Part shown: positions 22,621 to 31,016 of the stretch, piece after piece
Layout of the letters: each line of letters begins with the position of its first letter
Numbering within the stretch: the first letter of the stretch is position 1
Source of the DNA: a virus
DNA length: 64,000 nt
Virus record (IMG/VR): IMGVR_UViG_3300045988_065177
Coordinates: 20,466-84,465 of that record
Direction: 5' to 3' (one strand)
Translations under genes and position numbers: made by a program
The notes under the pieces: generated by a model
What the model saw: only the letters and a program-made list of their open reading frames with translations
The model's database searches: none
What the model was told of the DNA's origin: nothing

Positions 22621-22690
22621 TCCCCATTAGTATAATGCATTGCGCCTTCCTCTAAAGAAGGAGATTCTGGTTCAAACCCGGAGTGGGGAA
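22621..22690 (+). tRNA. tRNA-like element with possible CUA anticodon loop; irregular D-arm (possible second suppressor or pseudo-tRNA)
   Basis: TCCCCAT..GCG-CCTTC-CTCTAAA-GAAGG-AGAT-TCTGG-TTCAAAC-CCGGA-GTGGGGA-A. It has a good acceptor, anticodon and T arms. The anticodon loop is identical to that of the suppressor tRNA, but the D region is 2 nt short and does not pair conventionally. Confidence 0.3.
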
Positions 22691-25058
22691 CTTAGTATTT
22701 GAGGACTACAGCTACTTGTAGGCTCTATTTGCTGTTAAGGACTATAATGGGTACGCCCAGAGACTAATGCAGAGCATCTCTTATACCAAACAGTATGCTC
22801 CTTGATACTGGAGAGATGTCTTATCGAGAGATAAGGCAAAGTATTGTGAGATTATACACTATATAATCGAAAATAGCCATTTGGCTATAGGCACAGGAAA
22901 GTTCTGAGACAATTGTGAGGCACAGCGGTGCCTCTACTCCTAAGATAAGAACAACCTTTACGTGGTTTAGGAGATAAGTAAGCTATTCAAGCTGAAACTA
23001 ATAGTTCTAGTAATAATTAATAAAAATGTTTATCATGGAAATTATCAAGATTAAAGAACAGTCTATCAATGCAGAAGAATCTAAGCTCTATAAGAAAATG
23101 TTAGATTCTCTAGGAGTAATCTACGAGACAGAGAAAATTAAGAAGGAGCAAATAGATGTTCCTATCTACGTTCTATTTGAAGAGCTAGATGTTAGGGCAA
23201 ATAATGCTTTAAGGTCTGTTACTAATGACGTAACCATAACTCTAAGTACTTTCGTTAAACAGTATTCAAAGAGAGATATACTAAGAGTTAGAAATGTAGG
23301 AAAGCATACATTGACTCTAGTAGTAGAAGCTTTTAGAAAATTTGGATACGAATTAAACTGAGAATTGGAAGTCCTTCGCCCTTTGCTGGCTTAGAAGTAA
23401 AACAGCACTTTTAATAATTTAATAGATAGTAATTTATGATTGTAGATACGATGACAGGTAAAGATATTGTCAGGGAATTTAACCGCGATATAGACTCAAT
23501 AGATAAAATTGCAGAAAGAATGGCCGTAAAGAAAAGGCGAATACTGTTGAAAATGAAAAATCAAATGACTTTTCCACACTTTGGAGAAATAACTCAGATG
23601 AAAGTTGGAAATAACAGATATTATTTAGTATGGAAATGTCTAAGTAGAAATAGTTTAAATTATACGGTATTTACTAAATGTGGCAAAAGAATATATGCTT
23701 ATTCTACTGATACTACAGTACTGGAGTTTACACGTCATTTTTTAGATAGGTATAACGAGAGGTTTAAAATTGTAGGACTAGATAATATACTAAGGAATAT
23801 CTGCAAAGATTTTTGCTTAGGAAAAATATTTGATTCTACAGTTGTCACAGATACAGGACTATTTATAATGACTGAAACAGACTACGGATTCAGTGCAGTT
23901 ACATGCATGAACGATTTATCGAGGAAAAACAATTTAGAAAGATTAGAAAAAATAAGAAAAGGTCTTTCTATATTAGACCCTAAAAGTAAAGATGAAGAAA
24001 TAATGCAATTGTATAAATTGGGTTTATATGAAGATCCTCTGATGAGTCTTTGAAAATTAAGACGAAACTACCTAGAAATAGGTAGTCAGGATTAAAAGAA
24101 AAAGAAAATGAGAAAATTCAACAGATTACACTGCGATTCAACTGTTCGCGCAAGATTTACAGATTCATGGGGAAGAGTGATAACTCTCACTGGAACCCAC
24201 GCCTTCGAGTATACCATTCACATAGAAGGCATCAGAACAGTTACAGAAACATTTGTGAATGGAAAATTAGCAAGAAAAGATTTAACGAATTAAAAAGAAA
24301 ACCATGAGAAAAAGATTCAAAGCTGCGAGAATAGCATCTTCAGACAACTACGAATTGTCTAGAAGAATACATTCTCAGTATTTAAAGAGATGGCACAATG
24401 CTAACATCGAGGTAATCACTGAAATTACCACATCATTAGTAATCAAAGAACAAAAATACATAAGAGTATTTGGAGAATTAATTCCGATTTCGGAAGAGGA
24501 ATTGAGAATCCATAACACTCTGATAGTTGAGAACTAATATGGAAGATTTATTAGCAATTGTTAGATGGGGCATTACTTTACCCGTTTGGTTATTAGAACA
24601 TATACTGAAAGGTTTAACTTTCATTGTTCTAGTATTTGGACTTGTCGTTATGGCGATTTTATTCCCGCTATTTCGATCTACTTGGCGTCGTACAGGCGAT
24701 TCTCGTGTATTTAAGTATGCAACAAAGTGGAGAGGAAACTATCCACTAACAAAAAAAGTATTTAGTTTATGGCAATAATGAGAAGAATCACCGAAATAAA
24801 CGGTGAGATAATTATGGTGGAAACTATGATTATTGTAGGCAATATAATCCTTTGTACAATTCATATTAATGGAGAGCTAGTTAAGTATGAAATATTATCT
24901 GTTGGACAGTTATGGGAAGATCGTTAGGTCTTTCCGTAGCTGGTCAGAAGCTAACAAATTCAGAATAGTGATGAATAGATTGGATTGGAGGATTGTACCA
25001 TGACCTATATAGTAGTATTCATAATATTAATTATCATTTGGAAGGCAATTGAAGAACA

Positions 25059-26018
25059 ATGAAGACAATACTTACTCACACAGGAAAGATTTATGTTGAT
25101 ACAGAACATAAACTTGAATTTCTAACCGTAGGAGACTATGGAAAAGAGAACAATATCAAAGCTAATTTCCTAGGATTAACTAAGGAGATTAACGGAGTAG
25201 CTAATACTGAAGTTGACCTTAGTAAGAAGTGGGTTGCAACTATTTCCACTCAGAAAGGATGTCCAATGGAATGCAAATTCTGTGATGTTCCGAAATTTGG
25301 ATTCCATGGAAACGTTTCTATTGAAGAGATGGAATGGCAAATAAGAAACATTATCAAGAATGAGACTGTTAGGAATACTGACAGATTCAATGTGCATTTC
25401 GCAAGAATGGGAGAGCCAACTTGGAACGATAATGTGCTAGCATTTGGGATTGTTCTAAAAGAAGTAGTAAAGAGTTGTGGATTGATAGCTAAGACTGTCC
25501 ATCCAGTAGTTTCTACTATGCTTCCTAGAGCTAATAGAAAACTAGAGAACTTCATACAAACTTGGTGTGGAATCAAGAATGATTTCTATGGAGGTGAGGC
25601 AGGTCTTCAATTCTCAATAAATTCTACTAATGACGAACAGAGAAGAGAGTTATTTGACAACAAAAGTCATTCATTAGCTACTATTTCTGAAATGGCTAGT
25701 CGTTTACCTATGCCGAAAGGTAGAAAGTATACGTTGAATTTCCCAGTTACTGCACAGACTATTCTGGATGCAAAGGAGTTATCTAGACTTTTCGATAAAG
25801 AGAAGTTTATTGTGAAAATAACCCCTATTCATGAAACTGCATCCGCAGTTGAGAATGGTTTTGAAGTAACTGGATACTCTGATTATAATGTTTATCGTCG
25901 CTTTGAACAACCTTTATTGAAAGAAGGTTGGGATGTTATAGTGTTTGTTCCATCTAAGGAGGAAGATTCTGACCGAATTACTTGTGGGAACGCACTAATC
26001 TCTGAAGAGAAGATTTAA
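25059..26018 (+). CDS. Radical SAM methyltransferase, RlmN/Cfr-like
   Basis: CxxxCxxC cluster GCPMECKFCDV, motif ARMGEPTWN (cf. RlmN MGMGEPL), and C-terminal ..DSDRITCGNAL.. (cf. the catalytic Cys in RlmN ..AACGQL..). About 320 aa, sitting directly upstream of the tRNA array. Confidence 0.55.
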   Translation: MKTILTHTGKIYVDTEHKLEFLTVGDYGKENNIKANFLGLTKEINGVANTEVDLSKKWVATISTQKGCPMECKFCDVPKFGFHGNVSIEEMEWQIRNIIKNETVRNTDRFNVHFARMGEPTWNDNVLAFGIVLKEVVKSCGLIAKTVHPVVSTMLPRANRKLENFIQTWCGIKNDFYGGEAGLQFSINSTNDEQRRELFDNKSHSLATISEMASRLPMPKGRKYTLNFPVTAQTILDAKELSRLFDKEKFIVKITPIHETASAVENGFEVTGYSDYNVYRRFEQPLLKEGWDVIVFVPSKEEDSDRITCGNALISEEKI

Positions 26019-26070
26019 CAATTATTAACTAAGAAGAACGTAGTTCGCTGTATATAATAGCGAACACGAC

Positions 26071-26143
26071 GGGGCAGTAGCTTAATGGATAAAGCATCAG
26101 ACTTCTAATCTGACGAGTGCGAGTTCGACTCTCGCCTGCCTCA
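26071..26143 (+). tRNA. tRNA-Arg(UCU)
   Basis: GGGGCAG..TCAGA-CTTCTAA-TCTGA..CGAGT-TCGACTC-TCGCC-TGCCTC-A; anticodon loop CTTCTAA. Confidence 0.7.
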
Positions 26144-26293
26144 CTTAAATATTTAATTTTAATCTTTATGAAATAGTGCTTAAATTGTGGGAAGGAGATT
26201 CCCAACAGAAATAAATATTGCAACAACGTCTGCTAGTTAGAATATCAACATAAACAAAAATATAAGCTAATTTTAGAGGGAGACGAGTCTATC

Positions 26294-26554
26294 ATGAGAG
26301 CCAACTACTCTCCTTCAATATTTAGAGAAGATATTCTTAACGAACAAGATGGTATATGTGCAATATGTGGTTGTAAACCAGAACATAATGGAAAGCCATT
26401 AGTGTTTATAGTTGACCACATAGACGGAAAAGCTTCAAACAATAGAAGAGATAATTTAAGATGCATTTGCCCTAACTGCGATTCTCAGTTGGATACTTAT
26501 AAATCTAAAAATAAAAATAGTGATAGAGTATATTATAGAGAGAATCATAGGTAA
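26294..26554 (+). CDS. HNH endonuclease (small)
   Basis: CAICGC...HNGK..VDHIDGKASNN..DNL..ICPNCDSQ, an HNH beta-beta-alpha-metal motif with flanking Cys pairs. Located between tRNA-Arg and tRNA-Lys. Confidence 0.55.
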   Translation: MRANYSPSIFREDILNEQDGICAICGCKPEHNGKPLVFIVDHIDGKASNNRRDNLRCICPNCDSQLDTYKSKNKNSDRVYYRENHR

Positions 26555-26655
26555 GGTCAATTCCATACAAACAGGTTATTAGCTCGAGAAATAACCTTCT
26601 GTAAACAGTCAGACGTTGGGAGCTTATAGCCCTACGATAGTGAGGCTAAATTAAT

Positions 26656-26729
26656 GACTCCGTAGCTCAGTTGGTTAGAGCACCAAACTTTTAATTTGGG
26701 GGTCCTGGGTTCGAATCCCAGCGGAGTCA
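26656..26729 (+). tRNA. tRNA-Lys(UUU)
   Basis: GACTCCG-TA-GCTC-AGTTGGTTA-GAGC-A-CCAAA-CTTTTAA-TTTGG-GGGTC-CTGGG-TTCGAAT-CCCAG-CGGAGTC-A. Confidence 0.75.
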
Positions 26730-26797
26730 CAGGCAATTTTCTTGAATTTTTCTTTTTCTTACGCAGTGAGTATTTGTTGTGAAACACATACTTACAC

Positions 26798-26870
26798 CTG
26801 GATATAGTTCAGTAGGTAGAACGCTGCATTTGGGATGCAGAGGTCGTGTGTTCGAGCCACACTATCCAGA
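26798..26870 (+). tRNA. tRNA-Pro(UGG)
   Basis: CTGGATA-TA-GTTC-AGTAGGTA-GAAC-G-CTGCA-TTTGGGA-TGCAG-AGGTC-GTGTG-TTCGAGC-CACAC-TATCCAG-A. Confidence 0.75.
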
Positions 26871-27079
26871 CGAAGTAATCACCATTCACTAGTAGAATAG
26901 ATGATGTCTATTGGGTGCCTACGTAGATGAATCCCTGATTACTCCAATTAACAGAGGTGAGTTCCCTTAAAATTGTTACCACGCACTAGTGCGGCTATTA
27001 GCTACTAGAGGACTTGGGGTGCCAAGAGGAAGAATTGTAGTAGCTATGTTAATTAGAACAAATCTGTTAATTGCTTTAT

Positions 27080-27162
27080 GGGAGTGCGCCAACGTTGGAG
27101 AGTTGGGCTTGACTGTAAATCAAGTGCCTATGGCTTAGAAGGTTCGAATCCTTCCACTCCCA
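27080..27162 (+). tRNA. tRNA-Tyr(GUA), type II with long variable arm
   Basis: GGGAGTG-CG-CCAA-(10-nt loop)-TTGG-G-CTTGA-CTGTAAA-TCAAG-(15-nt variable arm)-GAAGG-TTCGAAT-CCTTC-CACTCCC-A. Confidence 0.65.
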
Positions 27163-27784
27163 CAAATTTAATGAATATGTTAATAGGATTTTTAGTATTT
27201 ATTATTCTAGAAATAGCTATAATAGCTACTATAGGGTTTACTTATTTTCACGAAGATGATAAGAATTTCAAGAATTATCGCAAAGGAAAGAATAGCTGAT
27301 TTGTTAGACTTAAATTTCGTGTCTAAGATAGAATTAAGACAGGGAAAACAAGGATTTAATAATCCTGCTATTTGTAGAGTAGAAATCTATTTACTACTTG
27401 AAAACGACAAAGAGTACTTTAATTCCAAAATGACTGATATTATGTCATGGGCACAAAAGAACAAATGTAACATTGCTTTTACTACTGCTAGTATGGCTCT
27501 CAAAGACGGATTTATTAAAGAATCTGCTTTTGATGATTTTAACTACCCAGTTCCTAAAAAGTATAAAGCATTATGTGATATTTATTCAGCAAGTTACTTT
27601 AATCTATTTAATAGAAGAAAGCTATAATGGAAGACAAGTACGAAGGATTATCTGATGAAGAACTTAAAGAGATTTTCGAAGATATGGAAGCAGACTATTG
27701 GATAGACTACTATCAGTCTCTTTGCGAATGAAACGCAGCAGTTGGCTTTCGGAATCTCTGTCTTAACAAAATGAGTCCGTAATT

Positions 27785-27868
27785 GGGATTGTAACCGGTA
27801 ATTGGTAGCCGCGCAGACTGTAAATCTGCTCTCTTTTGAGACTGGAGGTTCGAGTCCTCCCAATCCCA
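27785..27868 (+). tRNA. Second tRNA with GUA anticodon (Tyr-like), long variable arm, irregular D-arm
   Basis: GGGATTG..GCAGA-CTGTAAA-TCTGC-(14-nt variable)-GGAGG-TTCGAGT-CCTCC-CAATCCC-A. The acceptor, anticodon and T arms are perfect. The D region does not fold canonically in my hands. Confidence 0.45.
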
Positions 27869-28824
27869 CACATTTTAATTAATTAGATTATGACAAAAGA
27901 AGAAGCAATTAGAGCTATGTCTGAAGGAAAGAAAGTAAGGCATAGATACTTTAGTAAAGACGAATGGGTAACTATAAATTCCAGCGGACTATATGAGTTC
28001 GAGGATGGTATAAAAGTTGACTCATCGTTATTCTGGATGGACAGACAGGATTCCTATTGGAATGATGGATGGAGCTTAGTTTAACTTTAAATAAGAATAA
28101 AAATGACAACGTATGAATACGGAGAAGGATACTTACCAGAAATCTGGTACTAGTGTAGTATTTCAAAAAGAAATTAAGCAGTGTAGAGAATGTCCGCACT
28201 GCTTAATTGTTCCTGACCCAGATCCTAATGACTGGTTCAATGATGACGACGAGAAAGCGCTCTGTAAGGAGTCTGAGAATAAACTAATTGAAGGAATGTT
28301 AAGACCTTACGAAAGGGTATTAATTCCAGATTGGTGTCCATTAAAAACTAATAAATAAAATGAATAAAATGAATAAAACAAAAGCTTGCCTTGAAATAAC
28401 TTTAGAACAGGCACGTAAATGGTATGAGGGTGGCAATGAAGACTTGAAAAAATTAGCTCTTACCGCTTTTAGCGAAGAAGTTCTAGTCCCTTCTCTTGGA
28501 GAAATATTAGAATCTGAAAAGGATTGGGATGTGCTATTTTTACCTTTAGGGATATCAGAGCAAACTAAGTCTCTAATTTGTCTACAAATAGTAGCTAATT
28601 ACTTAAACAATGGTTGGAATAAAACAGAGAGTAACAGCGGTTATTTCCTTGGAAGGGGTTCTTCTCTATCTGGAAAGACGGAAACTGATATAAAAGGAGT
28701 GTACGTCGTTATGCATCAAAACGTAAAATATCCAGGTGTTGTTTATTTTAGAACTGTAGCTGATGTACAGAAAGCGGTGAAGATACTAGGAAAGAAGTTG
28801 CTGCCGCTATTCGAATAATTTGAT

Positions 28825-28898
28825 GGTGTTATTAGTTCAGTTGGCAGAACGCTACATTGTGGCTGTAGAGGTCAGCGGTTCGAGTCCGCTATAACACC
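28825..28898 (+). tRNA. tRNA-His(GUG) with encoded G-1
   Basis: G(-1)-GTGTTAT-TA-GTTC-AGTTGGCA-GAAC-G-CTACA-TTGTGGC-TGTAG-AGGTC-AGCGG-TTCGAGT-CCGCT-ATAACAC-C. The extra 5' G pairs with C73, which is the His identity element. Confidence 0.75.
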
Positions 28899-28928
28899 CT
28901 AATCATGTTTTATTAAATATTATAACGA

Positions 28929-29489
28929 ATGAAAAAGACAATTGAAATTGAATGTCCAGATGGTTATAAACCCATCTATAATGCCGAAACTGGCAATGTT
29001 GAAATCGTTCCAGAAAACATTATGGGACGGATAAGAACCTATGAGGATGCTGTAAACTATCTAGGGTGTGTTACTAGAGATACTATTTACTACAATAGAT
29101 CTGTAAATTCTCTAGCTAAGTTGCAGACAGTCTTGGATGCGCTAAATGAAGGCCACAAGTTCAATCTGTTAACTGGTACTATATGGTATCCCTGGGTTCG
29201 CTTCTTTAGAATGAAATCAGTTCCGAAGGATGCAGAAGTCATTGGTCACTTCCGTTATCAGGGCGAGAAATTCGCGTTGGTGGGCGGCCACGCGTATGAT
29301 GGCGGCGATGCGGGTCTCGGCTCTTTCTATTCTAACAATGGCGTCGGCGTTGCCGATTCCGCTGTCGGGATGCTTGCGTGCAAATCTGAAGAGATTGCCA
29401 AATACGTATCAACCCAGTTTGGAAAGCTAGTGTTCGATGCTTGTTTTGCAAGACATTTCAAGGGTGAAGAATTTGAATGGCTTGACTAA
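28929..29489 (+). CDS. Second DGR target protein (contains VR2); small CLec-like C-terminal domain
   Basis: ...GEKFALVGGHAYDGGDAGLGSFYSNNGVGVADSAVGML.. is homologous to the tail-fibre VR1 region (LVGGRAHYGGTAGLGYFYSGTDVGNATSLVGFR). A GC-rich island at 29270-29370 lies inside an otherwise AT-rich gene. Confidence 0.6.
   Translation: MKKTIEIECPDGYKPIYNAETGNVEIVPENIMGRIRTYEDAVNYLGCVTRDTIYYNRSVNSLAKLQTVLDALNEGHKFNLLTGTIWYPWVRFFRMKSVPKDAEVIGHFRYQGEKFALVGGHAYDGGDAGLGSFYSNNGVGVADSAVGMLACKSEEIAKYVSTQFGKLVFDACFARHFKGEEFEWLD
29279..29370 (+). repeat. DGR variable repeat VR2 (remote target, opposite strand, 29 kb from the TR)
   Basis: Plus-strand sequence aligns with the reverse complement of the TR (251-348). 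I found 13 differences, all at TR adenines (for example gcaAtgcAggtctcAgctAtttcA.. versus gcgAtgcGggtctcGgctCtttcT..). Confidence 0.65.
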
Positions 29490-29968
29490 TGAAAAAGTTC
29501 CTTGTAATTATGCTTGCTATGCTCTGGATGAGCGTAGCAGCTTTTTCTCAAATAACTATATCACAAGAAGACTATGATAAGTTGCCTGGTGAAACTAGAA
29601 CTCAAATCGAGAAGATAACAACAGAGAAAGCTATAAAGGGTGAAATCAAGGAAGTTTCTGAGTATGCAAATCTTGGTAAGGAAATTGGCGTAGCAGTCAA
29701 TGAAACCTTAAAAGCAGTTGAAGATTCAGCCATAAGAATAGCAGAATCCGACCTAGGACAAACAGCAATAACTATCGTAGTGTGGAAACTCCTCTATAAG
29801 GAGATAGCCGGAATTGTAGTAGGCACCATACTATTAGGAATATCAGTATTTATGCTATTAACTGGTAGAGGTAGACTATCTAAAAACGATGAAGATGCTG
29901 GAGGTTGGATAAGTGTGGTAGGAGGAGCTGTATTCTTTATATCTTCAATGATTTGTATATTTGGCTGA
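29489..29968 (+). CDS. Membrane protein (signal peptide plus 2 C-terminal TM helices), immediately downstream of the VR2 gene
   Basis: MKKFLVIMLAMLWMSVAAFSQ... and hydrophobic C-terminal segments. Confidence 0.45.
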   Translation: MKKFLVIMLAMLWMSVAAFSQITISQEDYDKLPGETRTQIEKITTEKAIKGEIKEVSEYANLGKEIGVAVNETLKAVEDSAIRIAESDLGQTAITIVVWKLLYKEIAGIVVGTILLGISVFMLLTGRGRLSKNDEDAGGWISVVGGAVFFISSMICIFG

Positions 29969-30063
29969 GGAGCAGTCCAGGCTATAGGCTGGTGTATTCT
30001 AGCTATATTCTGTGTAATATTGCTTCTTGGTATGATTTTTGGCTAGTCATAAGACTAGCTTTT

Positions 30064-30152
30064 GGAAGGGTGGCAGAGTCAGGTTTATTGCAACGGTCCT
30101 GAAAACCGTCGGGCGGTAACACGTCCCCAGGGTTCGAATCCCTGTCCTTCCG
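30064..30152 (+). tRNA. tRNA-Ser(UGA), type II
   Basis: GGAAGGG-TG-GCAG-..-ACGGT-CCTGAAA-ACCGT-(long variable arm)-CAGGG-TTCGAAT-CCCTG-TCCTTCC-G; G73 discriminator. Confidence 0.65.
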
Positions 30153-30157
30153 CAAAT

Positions 30158-30231
30158 ACGTCCGTACTCAAGTGGTTTAAGAGGATAGTCTCCAAAACTA
30201 TTATTCCTAGGTTCGAATCCTAGCGGGCGTG
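30158..30231 (+). tRNA. tRNA-Trp(CCA)
   Basis: ACGTCCG-TA-CTC..GAG-G-ATAGT-CTCCAAA-ACTAT-TATTC-CTAGG-TTCGAAT-CCTAG-CGGGCGT-G. Confidence 0.65.
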
Positions 30232-30254
30232 CTCATTTATTAATAAATTAGATT

Positions 30255-30485
30255 ATGAAAAAGTTAACAATTATTTCATTAGGACTTGTGCTACTATTTA
30301 GTTGTTCGGGTTCAACTAGTGAACTAGAAGCTACTAGGAATACCAGAGATGGAATTATTCCATTTGGTGCCGCAGTTCACTTTAAATACAAGAATCATCA
30401 GTACATTAAATTCACCGAGGGAAATGGGAACTACAAGGTTGTAGGAGTAGTTCATGACCCAGATTGTAAATATTGTAAGAGATGA
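30255..30485 (+). CDS. Small lipoprotein (Bacteroidetes-type signal, Cys after LLFS)
   Basis: MKKLTIISLGLVLLFSCSGS... Confidence 0.4.
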   Translation: MKKLTIISLGLVLLFSCSGSTSELEATRNTRDGIIPFGAAVHFKYKNHQYIKFTEGNGNYKVVGVVHDPDCKYCKR

Positions 30486-31000
30486 GCGAAGTGTATTATC
30501 TTTTGGCAGCCATTTCATATGGCATTTTTCTAGTTCAATTCATTTTATCTTGGTTCGGTGGAGACACCGACTTAGATGTTGATTTAGATGGAGAACTAGA
30601 TATGAACGTGAGTGATATTGTCTCATTTAAGGGATTAATCCATTTTATAATGGGAGCTAGTGGATGGCTTTGTGTTAAGCAATCTGTATCTCATTCTGTA
30701 GAATGGTATGATTATCTAATCGCATTAGTATGCGGTATTCTTTTCGTGGTTATACTTTACTACTTATATAAACTCTGTTTAAAACTCCAGCATCAAGTTA
30801 TTCCAGAAGAGGGTGAAGCCTTGATTGGAAGGGTTGGAATTATCACAGTTCCTTGTGAAAACCATTTCTTCATTACTATTGAAGTAAATGGAGGTTCTGA
30901 GGAAATTGTTGCCTATCCAGAAGTTCCAAAAATGGGATATATGGTTGGTACTCGTGTGGTAATTTCTAAATTTGAGAATGGAAAGTATTATTTTAACTAA
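30482..31000 (+). CDS. NfeD-like membrane protein (short form), partner of the SPFH/flotillin protein
   Basis: N-terminal TM helices followed by a C-terminal beta-barrel-like segment GRVGIITVPCENHFFITIEVNGGSEEIVAYPE...GTRVVISKFENG. Translationally coupled to the downstream flotillin gene. Confidence 0.5.
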   Translation: MSEVYYLLAAISYGIFLVQFILSWFGGDTDLDVDLDGELDMNVSDIVSFKGLIHFIMGASGWLCVKQSVSHSVEWYDYLIALVCGILFVVILYYLYKLCLKLQHQVIPEEGEALIGRVGIITVPCENHFFITIEVNGGSEEIVAYPEVPKMGYMVGTRVVISKFENGKYYFN

Positions 31001-31016
31001 AAAGAATTTTTAAAAG

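Noticed and set aside
26029-26226. Minus-strand ORF of 65 aa
   Set aside because: It overlaps tRNA-Arg(UCU) on the opposite strand, and the peptide is implausible (it reads through the tRNA).
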